64,000 bases of DNA from an uncultured Pseudomonadales bacterium. GTDB lineage: Bacteria > Patescibacteriota > Microgenomatia > UBA1400 > UBA12108. Positions 37,201 through 44,022 of this stretch are shown here, piece after piece. The position numbers were made by a program, and so were the translations under genes. The DNA lies in NCBI GenBank assembly GCA_964349305.1, contig CAYGFS010000002.1, positions 425 through 64,424 on the forward strand, read 5' to 3'. The notes beneath the pieces are model-generated. The model had not been told where the DNA came from. It searched no databases and saw nothing but the letters and a program-made list of their open reading frames with translations. Numbering within the stretch: the first letter of the stretch is position 1; each line of letters begins with the position of its first letter.

Positions 37201-37858
37201 GACTGGTCGTGTCCATGTTGCGGTTCATTTTGAGCTTGTCGAGGCCGGTGGGGAGAGTAGTTTTGAAGCCATCCTCGATTTGGAGGCTGGCGGTTTTGGC
37301 CACGATTAGCAGCGCGCCGAGAGCGGACTTGATGTGATTGGTGACGCGATCAAGAATGTCTTTTTTGTCATCCCGGATGGTGATGTAGAGCCCAAACTGG
37401 AAAAAGCGCTCGGCCCCCTTGGCAAGCTGTTCTTGGAGCGAGCGAGCGTCTTCGAGCTTGACCTGCGTGTCGATGTTGATAATGCGGCCGCGCTGAATAT
37501 CTCCCTGGAGCTCGGCCTCCATTTCGGCGATTTTGCGGCGGAGATCTTCGATGACCCCCTTACCGTCGACAGGATAAATAAACATAGAAATAGAGAGGGA
37601 GTGGGGGAAGTTGATCAGAGGACTAAGCCAGTTGGCGTTGACGAAACGAGGGTATCCTGCCACAAAGAGGGTGCGGTAGTAAGTGTCGTTGATTTTGATG
37701 TCGGAGAAATCCACCTCGATGGCTTCGGGGGCAATAATATCTTTGACATTGGTGGTGCCCTGTGACAAAACGGAGACAGAAGGAGAGACTTGGGGTCCAG
37801 AGTCTTTGGGGTCGGTTTTTTTGCCACCAAAAAGAGATGGCAGGTTTAGTTTGGGCAT
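34250..37858 (-). CDS. virB4: T4SS ATPase VirB4/TrbE-like, interrupted in the P-loop by a 529-aa intein
   Basis: Extein N-part ends ...MVVFAKSGSGK (Walker A). Extein resumes SYMVKLEILRSLLFDTEVIVIDPEDEYRKL... with the VirB4 C-terminal ATPase region (...RRLLVVDEAWYLM..., ...GLTTITQDVEDF...). Mature protein ~673 aa. Confidence 0.8.
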   Translation of the reverse strand: MPKLNLPSLFGGKKTDPKDSGPQVSPSVSVLSQGTTNVKDIIAPEAIEVDFSDIKINDTYYRTLFVAGYPRFVNANWLSPLINFPHSLSISMFIYPVDGKGVIEDLRRKIAEMEAELQGDIQRGRIINIDTQVKLEDARSLQEQLAKGAERFFQFGLYITIRDDKKDILDRVTNHIKSALGALLIVAKTASLQIEDGFKTTLPTGLDKLKMNRNMDTTSLATTFPFTSSELTANEGLMYGINEHNDSLVVFDRFTLENANMVVFAKSGSGKCLGYDEPTLIRQKETVSEIKIGQYVDQIFKDSKSITRVGESEAITNPELEVLSYNADLVPQWSKVEVVARKLNPYKELLHITTKSGRSITVTPDHQILTLENGAIKAIIAKNAKVGEYMPIARSIPVKGKPTTLNLLDALAKDMRVHIVGAKDWIKNSGYTGPYAEKYFGGRAFPIALYDSLKSRVSSPLPQTAQIQIQNSTNHLLPTTLTITPDLAWLLGLYIAEGSTAAAVVIITNRDQEIRDKVENILKDINFPYFITPTDIRVSSSIFKHVIESMGVGHTASTKRFPSWAINLDDQCLANMIGGYLDGDGGVEARQVTAVSKSKSLINSLCLLFNRFDIHARIHPTQKRTSNSTMIKQPYWRVSISGQNNLLNFAKNISFVHGGKQGKLNTIIQDTLNISANTNVEFIPGLAPLFKKLHETIFLPYKISPGQNFINIKNGKYNPSSKELSKHIKTCLQQVKKLNLKIPLETDTVLSNLNQLANSQIIWDPITSIVLVPYNNPYVYDLQVKNKVFLAGQGGIFVHNSYMVKLEILRSLLFDTEVIVIDPEDEYRKLSDAIGGTYIDFSFSSPNRINPFELPQMAEPDENELAMKIISLHSLLKIMMGDMNPQEEALLDRALVMTYQMKGINRDATTHKLEPPLMEDLYKVLNGMEEAVARGLADRLEKYVKGSFQGIFSQKSNVNFGNQLTVFGIKNLTDELRPTAIFIILDYIWTKVKRDLKRRLLVVDEAWYLMKSEDSATFLYGIAKRARKYFLGLTTITQDVEDFLKSDHGKAIVSNSSLQVLMKQSSSAIEKLATTFFLSQGERHLLLTAEVGEALFFAGQNHVAMKVVASPEEHSLITTNPQETLDHQRAFADKLVASQSRASALTPPQPAAAPTVEPIATTVAAPTESQHIEHDSTREMPPDAQQSGRPIFQQPATTDPIK
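35459..37045 (-). mobile_element. intein (Hint domain + LAGLIDADG homing endonuclease) within virB4
   Basis: Begins with Cys after GSGK (CLGYDEPTLI, block A). Block B ...TPDHQIL. LAGLIDADG motifs LLGLYIAEGS and IGGYLDGDGG. Ends VYDLQVKNKVFLAGQGGIFVHN, followed by the +1 Ser. Confidence 0.85.
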
Positions 37859-37866
37859 AGTACCAA

Positions 37867-37905
37867 TAGTATAGCAGGGAAATGTGGGTTGTAATCTTGG
37901 TTAAC
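37867..37905 (-). promoter_or_regulatory. conserved promoter-like element GGTTACAAC-N13-TATACT placed 7-10 nt upstream of the virB4 ATG (leaderless-type)
   Basis: Minus-strand reading ...GGTTACAACCCACATTTCCCTGCTATACTATTGGTACTATG. The same motif lies upstream of the 38582 start, and a TATAAT variant upstream of the 52659 start. Confidence 0.45.
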
Positions 37906-37943
37906 CAGAATTACTTCTTCAAGGAATAAATTTATATGCCGCC

Positions 37944-38582
37944 TTATTTAGAGATGTTGGGGGCGACGATGGCCTGTTCGTAATCGGAGGCGGTGGTAAA
38001 CTTTTGACCCTTGACCGTGGAGTTGTAGAAACTGTGGAAGAGCTTCATGAGGCTCTGGGAGTTGATTTGCTGGGCCGTCAGACCAATTCTGGCCAGCTGT
38101 TTGATAATGTGGTCGCGCTTGGGCTCGAGATCGGCCTTGGCTTTTAAGATTAGATCCTCGGTGATCTCGACTTTACCAGAGAGGGTGACGAGCTGGTAAG
38201 AAACAACGAGATAGAATTTTTTATCGAGCACGTTTTGCTCGGTAATCGTGGTTTCAATAAAACTCCGATAGGCCTTCATGCGCTCTTTGAGGATTTCGTC
38301 TTTGAGTTTTTTCTCCTGGGCGACTAAAAGTTCGAGATAGGCGCTAATATCTTTTTTCTCTGATTTGATGACGATTTGAATAGGGAAAGAGAGAGAGTTG
38401 AGGAGGCCAGCGTAGGAATAAATGGTGGCGTCTTGCTCTTCTTCTGACAGAAGACCAAAGTTGATGGCGGAGGCTTGGATGACGATGCTACAAACACCAC
38501 TTTTGAGGATCACTAAATCGTCGCGAATGGTTTCGATGTCGAGATGATCTTGGGTGGTGGCGACAATAATTGAGTCGGACAT
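37944..38582 (-). CDS. hypothetical soluble protein, T4SS-associated (212 aa)
   Basis: Immediately upstream of virB4 in the same orientation. Has its own copy of the conserved promoter element. No TM helix and no known motif. Confidence 0.45.
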   Translation of the reverse strand: MSDSIIVATTQDHLDIETIRDDLVILKSGVCSIVIQASAINFGLLSEEEQDATIYSYAGLLNSLSFPIQIVIKSEKKDISAYLELLVAQEKKLKDEILKERMKAYRSFIETTITEQNVLDKKFYLVVSYQLVTLSGKVEITEDLILKAKADLEPKRDHIIKQLARIGLTAQQINSQSLMKLFHSFYNSTVKGQKFTTASDYEQAIVAPNISK

Positions 38583-38585
38583 AAT

Positions 38586-38777
38586 TATTAGTATAACAGG
38601 GAAATATATGTTGTAACCCTGGTTTCCATTTTTTGTTTTTGTGAAGCTCGCTTCAGGAAAAATATCCTCGGGATTTGATTACTCGTCATTTTTCTTGATA
38701 ATGCCCTGCCTGCGCAGGCAGGCTCGACTCTACAATGCACAAAAAACATAAACCAGGATTACTTTACTGATCATTTA
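38586..38777. repeat. repeated intergenic module (promoter-like element + ...TTTTTTGTTTTTGTGAAGCTCGCTTCAGGAAAA... + ...CTACAATGCACAAAAAACATAAACCAGGATT)
   Basis: Shares about 110 bp in two blocks with 52664-52861. This copy has an extra 18-bp perfect palindrome CCTGCCTGCGCAGGCAGG. Confidence 0.75.
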
Positions 38778-39788
38778 TTACTGGGAGCGCAGCTCGATGG
38801 GGGACAGAATTGTGTTGTTGATGGTGATTTGTTGGGGGGCAAAATTTAAATTATCCTTATCTACTTCGATGAGATAGGTGCCGGGAGAGAGGGGGGTAGA
38901 GGTATAAAACTGACCCAGAGAATTAGTTTTCATGGCTCTGGCGGGGATACCACCATCTTCAACAATCTGAACAATGGCGTTTTCGACCAATTTACTGTCG
39001 CGATCGACGACTACTCCCGTCACGAGATTGGGGAACCTGGGAGAGGCGGGAAGGGTGATTTTTTTGGGACTAGAAATGATCGGCGAGACCTTGGTGGTGC
39101 TAGCGGCGGTTGGGGCGCTAAAAATAAGACTAGGAGCGGGAGTGGGTTCGGATTTACTGGGAGGTGGTGTCGTGGCGGAGGATCCAACTATAGTATTTTG
39201 AGTTTTGGGAATATTTAAAATAACATCCGATACGGCCTCTACTGGTTTGAGTTTGCGGACGGCGATGCTTGGCTTTTCAACCTCCTCGATTTTTTGGACG
39301 ACTATTTTTTGTTCTTGTGGGGGGGTGGGGGGAGTGGTGGTAAAGAGTGAGTCGAGAGATTTAATCAAATTGGTCTCGGACTCGGTGAGGTCGGAGACGG
39401 CTTTGTTGGTACTGGCGGCAACGGGAGCCTTGATAGTTTTAGTAACAGTATTAACCACATCGGGAGCATGAGCCTCAAACAGAAAAAGGTGGGGGATTTT
39501 GTTGGTTTTTTGCCAGATGAATCTAGTGGGAGCATAAATAGCCTTGATAAAATTGATGATCCACTGGTCGAGAGGGCGGTCTTCGATGGGAAAGAAAGCC
39601 AGTCCGGCCCCAAAAAGAATGGAGAGAATAATGAGAGGCCATTTGATGATAAAAATGAGATTGCTGGCGAAGAAAAGATAGGCCAGCCCCAGTCCAATAC
39701 AAAGCTCGAGAAACTGCTTGAGGGTCATGTCTCCAACTAGGCGGAATTGATACTGAGTGACGTTTTGGGGGATGGGATGCTGCTGCAT
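38778..39788 (-). CDS. VirB3/PrgI-like two-TM membrane protein fused to an S/T/P-rich linker and a C-terminal beta-sandwich (carboxypeptidase-regulatory-like) domain
   Basis: N-terminal 100 aa carry two TM helices (LELCIGLGLAYLFFASNLIFII; WPLIILSILFGAGLAFF). Low-complexity PTPP/S/T linker. C-terminal ...GVVVDRDSKLVENAIVQIVEDGG...GTYLIEVDKDNLNF... Sits upstream of virB4. Confidence 0.4.
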   Translation of the reverse strand: MQQHPIPQNVTQYQFRLVGDMTLKQFLELCIGLGLAYLFFASNLIFIIKWPLIILSILFGAGLAFFPIEDRPLDQWIINFIKAIYAPTRFIWQKTNKIPHLFLFEAHAPDVVNTVTKTIKAPVAASTNKAVSDLTESETNLIKSLDSLFTTTPPTPPQEQKIVVQKIEEVEKPSIAVRKLKPVEAVSDVILNIPKTQNTIVGSSATTPPPSKSEPTPAPSLIFSAPTAASTTKVSPIISSPKKITLPASPRFPNLVTGVVVDRDSKLVENAIVQIVEDGGIPARAMKTNSLGQFYTSTPLSPGTYLIEVDKDNLNFAPQQITINNTILSPIELRSQ

Positions 39789-39859
39789 ATATATTCAGTT
39801 TACCAGACAATCAGAAAACCCAGAAAGCCAGATGACCCGATAATCGGGTTGTCAGAAAT

Positions 39860-40147
39860 TTAACTGTTGGCGTATTGGTGGAGGATGGAACCGGCCAGGG
39901 TTTGATATTTTAATCCTAGTTTAGCGGCCTTATCACGCAATGCCTGTTTAGTGCTATATGAAACACGAATATTAATATTCTCGTCTTTTTTCATCAATCT
40001 GAGAGTATTTTCGGCGGCCTTTTTAAGAACTGCTAGTTCTTTTTTGGAAACTGGCTTTAGAGATGGATCGTCTGGTAGGGACCTTTCAATTTCTTGCTCA
40101 TACTCGTCAAGAACGAGATTTTTGAATGGATCGAACTTTTTTTTCAT
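39860..40147 (-). CDS. brnA: BrnA-family antitoxin
   Basis: C-terminal ...NINIRVSYSTKQALRDKAAKLGLKYQTLAGSILHQYA matches the BrnA (CopG-like) pattern. 4-bp overlap with the upstream brnT. Downstream hairpin CCCGATAATCGGG. Confidence 0.65.
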   Translation of the reverse strand: MKKKFDPFKNLVLDEYEQEIERSLPDDPSLKPVSKKELAVLKKAAENTLRLMKKDENINIRVSYSTKQALRDKAAKLGLKYQTLAGSILHQYANS

Positions 40148-40425
40148 ATGCCTCCTTTTTTATTGTATTGCTTTTGATATTTTCTACTGGGATAAATAGT
40201 TTTTAGAAATATACTTTGCTGTTCCTTGACGTATGGGACTGCATAGGCGTAGTTATTTATAAAGACTATGTAAATATGTTGCCTGCTATATTTTTGTAAA
40301 TTGGGATTTGGAATAGAAATCGTATCTCTGTTGGACTTTAAAGCTTCGACAATTTGTTCAAATCCAATTCCTCGAGTTTGTTTAAGTAATTGATTTTTCT
40401 CCTCATTCCAAGAATACTTGAGCAT
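40144..40425 (-). CDS. brnT: BrnT-family toxin (DUF497 ribonuclease)
   Basis: N-terminus MLKYSWNEEKNQLLKQTRGIGFEQIVEAL matches the BrnT F.WD..K...N..KHG..F.E pattern. Confidence 0.65.
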   Translation of the reverse strand: MLKYSWNEEKNQLLKQTRGIGFEQIVEALKSNRDTISIPNPNLQKYSRQHIYIVFINNYAYAVPYVKEQQSIFLKTIYPSRKYQKQYNKKGGI

Positions 40426-40462
40426 TAATTACAATATATGACATTGTGCGCACTTTGTCAAA

Positions 40463-41098
40463 TTATGGTTTGAGAGACGTCGAAGGAGCGATGACATATT
40501 TGTGGGCAGTGGCATCGCCGCCGTTTTGGGTGACCCAAGATTTAACTTCTTCTATCACCTCCGACGAGGAAGCCGTCTGGTTTTTGAGCGCGATTTCGAG
40601 AGTCATGGGGGCAGAATAGACGACTCGGAAACCTGGTCGATTGAGGGGAAGCTTTTGACCTAGCGGATAATCTCGAGCTAACTCAGTTTTCATGTTTTCA
40701 ATCAATATGGGGTCGGTTTGACTGGACTGAGTAACAAAAACTAGAGTATAAATGGTTTTGTTGTTCCAGGTAGTTGTGGTTGTATATTGAGTCGATGGTT
40801 GGAGTGGGCGCTTGGGAGCGAGGGTAATGACGTTTTCTTTGGTTTGGGATATATCAAAGGGAGTTTCTGGAGAGAGGGAAAACTGGAGCTCCGATACGAC
40901 AATAGGGTCTTTAAACGTATATGTGAGCGGATTGAAGATGGGATAGTTTTGAGTGTTGGATTCTGGATTAGTGGTCGAAACAACCGGCGTTTTAGCCCGA
41001 ATACTCATAATTGTTACTATTACTAGAACCACAACAGTTAAGCCTCCGAGAATTTTGAGTGCCAGGATTTGTTTGGGAGTAAAAATTGTGGTGATCAT
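40463..41098 (-). CDS. bitopic membrane protein (N-terminal TM + ~180-aa external domain); VirB8/PrgL-like candidate
   Basis: Single TM (ILALKILGGLTVVVLVIVTIMSI). ATGA start/stop overlap with the upstream CHAP-hydrolase gene. Assignment rests on topology and context only. Confidence 0.35.
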   Translation of the reverse strand: MITTIFTPKQILALKILGGLTVVVLVIVTIMSIRAKTPVVSTTNPESNTQNYPIFNPLTYTFKDPIVVSELQFSLSPETPFDISQTKENVITLAPKRPLQPSTQYTTTTTWNNKTIYTLVFVTQSSQTDPILIENMKTELARDYPLGQKLPLNRPGFRVVYSAPMTLEIALKNQTASSSEVIEEVKSWVTQNGGDATAHKYVIAPSTSLKP

Positions 41099-43974
41099 AA
41101 TTTCTTCAAAAATCCTGCCATATTGGTTTTGGGTAAACAGTTGTTTTGTGCGACACACCCATTACAAACCTGATTGGCGTCGGTCAAGCAGATGAGGGCT
41201 CCGGCGTCACTAGTCATTATACCAATGTGGCCGGGGGCACCACCGCTGCAGGTTCCCGACGAATTGAAAACAATGGGGTCTCCAGGAGTGGCACCAACAG
41301 TCCCCTGGACGAAACGCCAGCCTGGGGCCACGTTGCCAATATAACTGCAGGCATTGGCTCCTTGAAGAGACCCACCGGCGCAGGCAATAGCGGCTTGGAC
41401 AAACCCAACACATTGTAGATAAGTGAAGCTACTGGCCGAGCGCTGGATCAGACTAATTGATTCTGGGGAGATGGCTTTGGCGGCGAGACAAGAGAGGCCC
41501 TGAGCAATATTGCTGCTCGTGACGCTCTGTCCATAACATTCGGCAAGATATTTGGCGAGACAATTGGCGCAAGAGGCTACGCTGCTACCTGCCGACTTAA
41601 TTTCTGTACCCACCTCGGCACCCGCTGAATCATCGTCGCAGAGGAGTTCGGTTGCGACCTGTTGGAGCGCGGATCCGGCGTCGAGGCGAATTGTGTTCAC
41701 AAGATCACTAATATTGTGGTTATTAACAAAAATCATAATCCCAATAATTGTTAGCGAAAGGAGAATTGGTTGGAGGACCGAGAGCATGAGTAGCGAAATG
41801 GTTGATAAAACAGTTGCAAATGCGGCTGGAATAGCGAGGAACACCGCGCCAATAGTTAACCCTATTTTGGTAACGGCACCACGGAAATCAGCACTACCTA
41901 AATAGTTTTTAATGAAATTCCAACCTAATTTAATTAAGTCAAAAACCATTAATACTCCAAGGACTACAGAGAAAGCTGAAGTTATCCCACCCGCAAGACC
42001 AATCAAGGCAGCTCCAGCTTTTTCACCTAGTCTTGCTAGGGCCTTTCCTCCTATTTGGAGGAGTAAGCGAGTGGCAGTACGGCTAGCTGAGACAGAGGCA
42101 TATTTAAAGGCTGACCCAGCTCCGAGTTTGGTGGCGATGGCCGCAGATCTTTCAAGTGCCCATTTTGTGCTTGATCCCCAGGCCGACCTGAATGTTTCAA
42201 AGAGAGCACCATTAACCGTAAAGTCACCTTGCTTATATTGGTTGAGATTCCAGTGGACAAATTTACCTAGAGGGTTTTTCCAGGACGAAGTACGGGCAAT
42301 AGCCTTGAGGGTTGTGACCTTTTTCCACTCGTCGATGCGATCATAGATCCAGGGAACAATGCGAAAGAGGGGGATTTGAGTTTTTCCTATCCTGATTGTA
42401 AAATTTTCGGCTAATTTGTCATACCACTCAACGGTTGCACGAACCCCCTTGTTCCAAGGCAAGTTTTCGTCAAACTCGACCCATTTGTCAAAGAATTTGG
42501 TTTTGAGTTCATATAGGTGAGACCTATTATTTTCAACCCAACGACCAAAGCGAGTGCGGTTGATGAGGCTTTTTTCGTCGAAATCAAGAAATGAATAGGC
42601 ACCGAGATGGTTTTCGTTTTCTCTCAAGCGGCGCGACCAATGAATTTCGAGGTCTTCGGTTTTTTGTTTGTATTCGGAGGTATCTAGTTTGTTTTTATAT
42701 TCGCCTGCTAGCCTATCTTTCTCAGATTGGTACTCTGTCGATAATTTTTCTTTTTCTATTTTTAAATCAGCTTCGGACTTTTCTGTTTTGAAGGGATTGA
42801 TGCCGCGGCGCAATAGATTCCGCTCGCCTAGGGTGAGATGGTGTGACCCAACAAGAACTGACAATTCGTTTTGTCGATATTCGATGGCAAAATCGAGACC
42901 AGATTTTTGCAGTTCGTTTTTAATTGCTTGTAATTGGGTGGTATCAGCATTGATGCGCGAACCAGCCAGATCTACAATTTCGTCGCTTGTGAGCTGGCGA
43001 TTTGTGCTGGCATTGATGGTCTGAATTAGAGCCTTGGCAAGTTTCTTTTTTTCAGTATCGCTAGAAATTGGGAGAATTTGTTGAATTTGCCTATAAATTT
43101 CGTATTCCGTAGCTACCACATCGTTGGTGGCGGCCAAGGCTCTATTTTTGAAATCGTCGATTTCAGCTAGCCTTATGCCGTCTTGAAGGAGTTGCTGTTC
43201 AACGCTTTGGGTAAATTTATTGAGATTAGCTGAAATCTCTTTGTCACCTAGAAGATTAAGATAGGCGGCCTGTTCTGGATATGAGTTACTAATAATTTGA
43301 GTAAGTTTGTGAGAGACTGCTTGGGTGGCCATGTCTTCATCATTCGAATAAGCGTGGGCGGCACCACGAAGCTCTGTAATATTTTGGATAATGATTTGGG
43401 CGAGGACTTGTTGAGATAGATCACGATTTCCAACCGGGACACCAGGAGGAAGAATTTTTTGAAATAAAGCTGGAGAGACACCAAGATTGGAGGCTCGCAG
43501 GAGCTGAGAATATAGTTTGTTGTAGTCATCAATGGCCTTGCCTGCGTCAAATTTTGTCCTTGGAGCTCCAGATTGTTTTTTTTGAGCTTCTCTATAAAGC
43601 GTTAGATTTTGTTGTCTGGCGGTTGTGAATAGTTTGTTGGGATCCCCAATCCGATCTCGATAGATTTCGCTAGCAATAGTGGCGAATTGTTCATACGATA
43701 CTTTGCGCATGAGCTTGATGAGCTGGCCCTTGTCTTTGGTGTAGAGGTGATTGTTGTCTTCTAGCCAGTCCAAAACAAGCTTGGCAGCATCGTCTAGCTT
43801 GATAAATTCTTGAGGCTTGCCGAAGGGAGTGGGCAGTGGGATACCACGCGATCCTTTGCCGAGGCGGGATTGGACTGCCAGGCCAGGGAGCAAATATTCT
43901 TCGATTAAATATTTGTTGACCCCATTATCTTTGATGTAGCTAAAACTTTGGAACTGAGTGGTGTCTATGGACAT
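41095..43974 (-). CDS. T4SS-associated cell-wall hydrolase with C-terminal CHAP domain (PrgK/TcpG-like), ~600-aa N-terminal cytoplasmic domain and a central TM bundle
   Basis: CHAP signature ...QCVGFVQAAIACAG...GNVAPGW......GDPIVFNS.....GHIGIM (catalytic Cys/His spacing). 3-4 TM helices at aa ~640-750. Confidence 0.6.
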   Translation of the reverse strand: MSIDTTQFQSFSYIKDNGVNKYLIEEYLLPGLAVQSRLGKGSRGIPLPTPFGKPQEFIKLDDAAKLVLDWLEDNNHLYTKDKGQLIKLMRKVSYEQFATIASEIYRDRIGDPNKLFTTARQQNLTLYREAQKKQSGAPRTKFDAGKAIDDYNKLYSQLLRASNLGVSPALFQKILPPGVPVGNRDLSQQVLAQIIIQNITELRGAAHAYSNDEDMATQAVSHKLTQIISNSYPEQAAYLNLLGDKEISANLNKFTQSVEQQLLQDGIRLAEIDDFKNRALAATNDVVATEYEIYRQIQQILPISSDTEKKKLAKALIQTINASTNRQLTSDEIVDLAGSRINADTTQLQAIKNELQKSGLDFAIEYRQNELSVLVGSHHLTLGERNLLRRGINPFKTEKSEADLKIEKEKLSTEYQSEKDRLAGEYKNKLDTSEYKQKTEDLEIHWSRRLRENENHLGAYSFLDFDEKSLINRTRFGRWVENNRSHLYELKTKFFDKWVEFDENLPWNKGVRATVEWYDKLAENFTIRIGKTQIPLFRIVPWIYDRIDEWKKVTTLKAIARTSSWKNPLGKFVHWNLNQYKQGDFTVNGALFETFRSAWGSSTKWALERSAAIATKLGAGSAFKYASVSASRTATRLLLQIGGKALARLGEKAGAALIGLAGGITSAFSVVLGVLMVFDLIKLGWNFIKNYLGSADFRGAVTKIGLTIGAVFLAIPAAFATVLSTISLLMLSVLQPILLSLTIIGIMIFVNNHNISDLVNTIRLDAGSALQQVATELLCDDDSAGAEVGTEIKSAGSSVASCANCLAKYLAECYGQSVTSSNIAQGLSCLAAKAISPESISLIQRSASSFTYLQCVGFVQAAIACAGGSLQGANACSYIGNVAPGWRFVQGTVGATPGDPIVFNSSGTCSGGAPGHIGIMTSDAGALICLTDANQVCNGCVAQNNCLPKTNMAGFLKKL

Positions 43975-44022
43975 AGAGTTATTCTACCAGCTGAGATAGG
44001 TCTGGTGTGGTAAAATTGGGGT

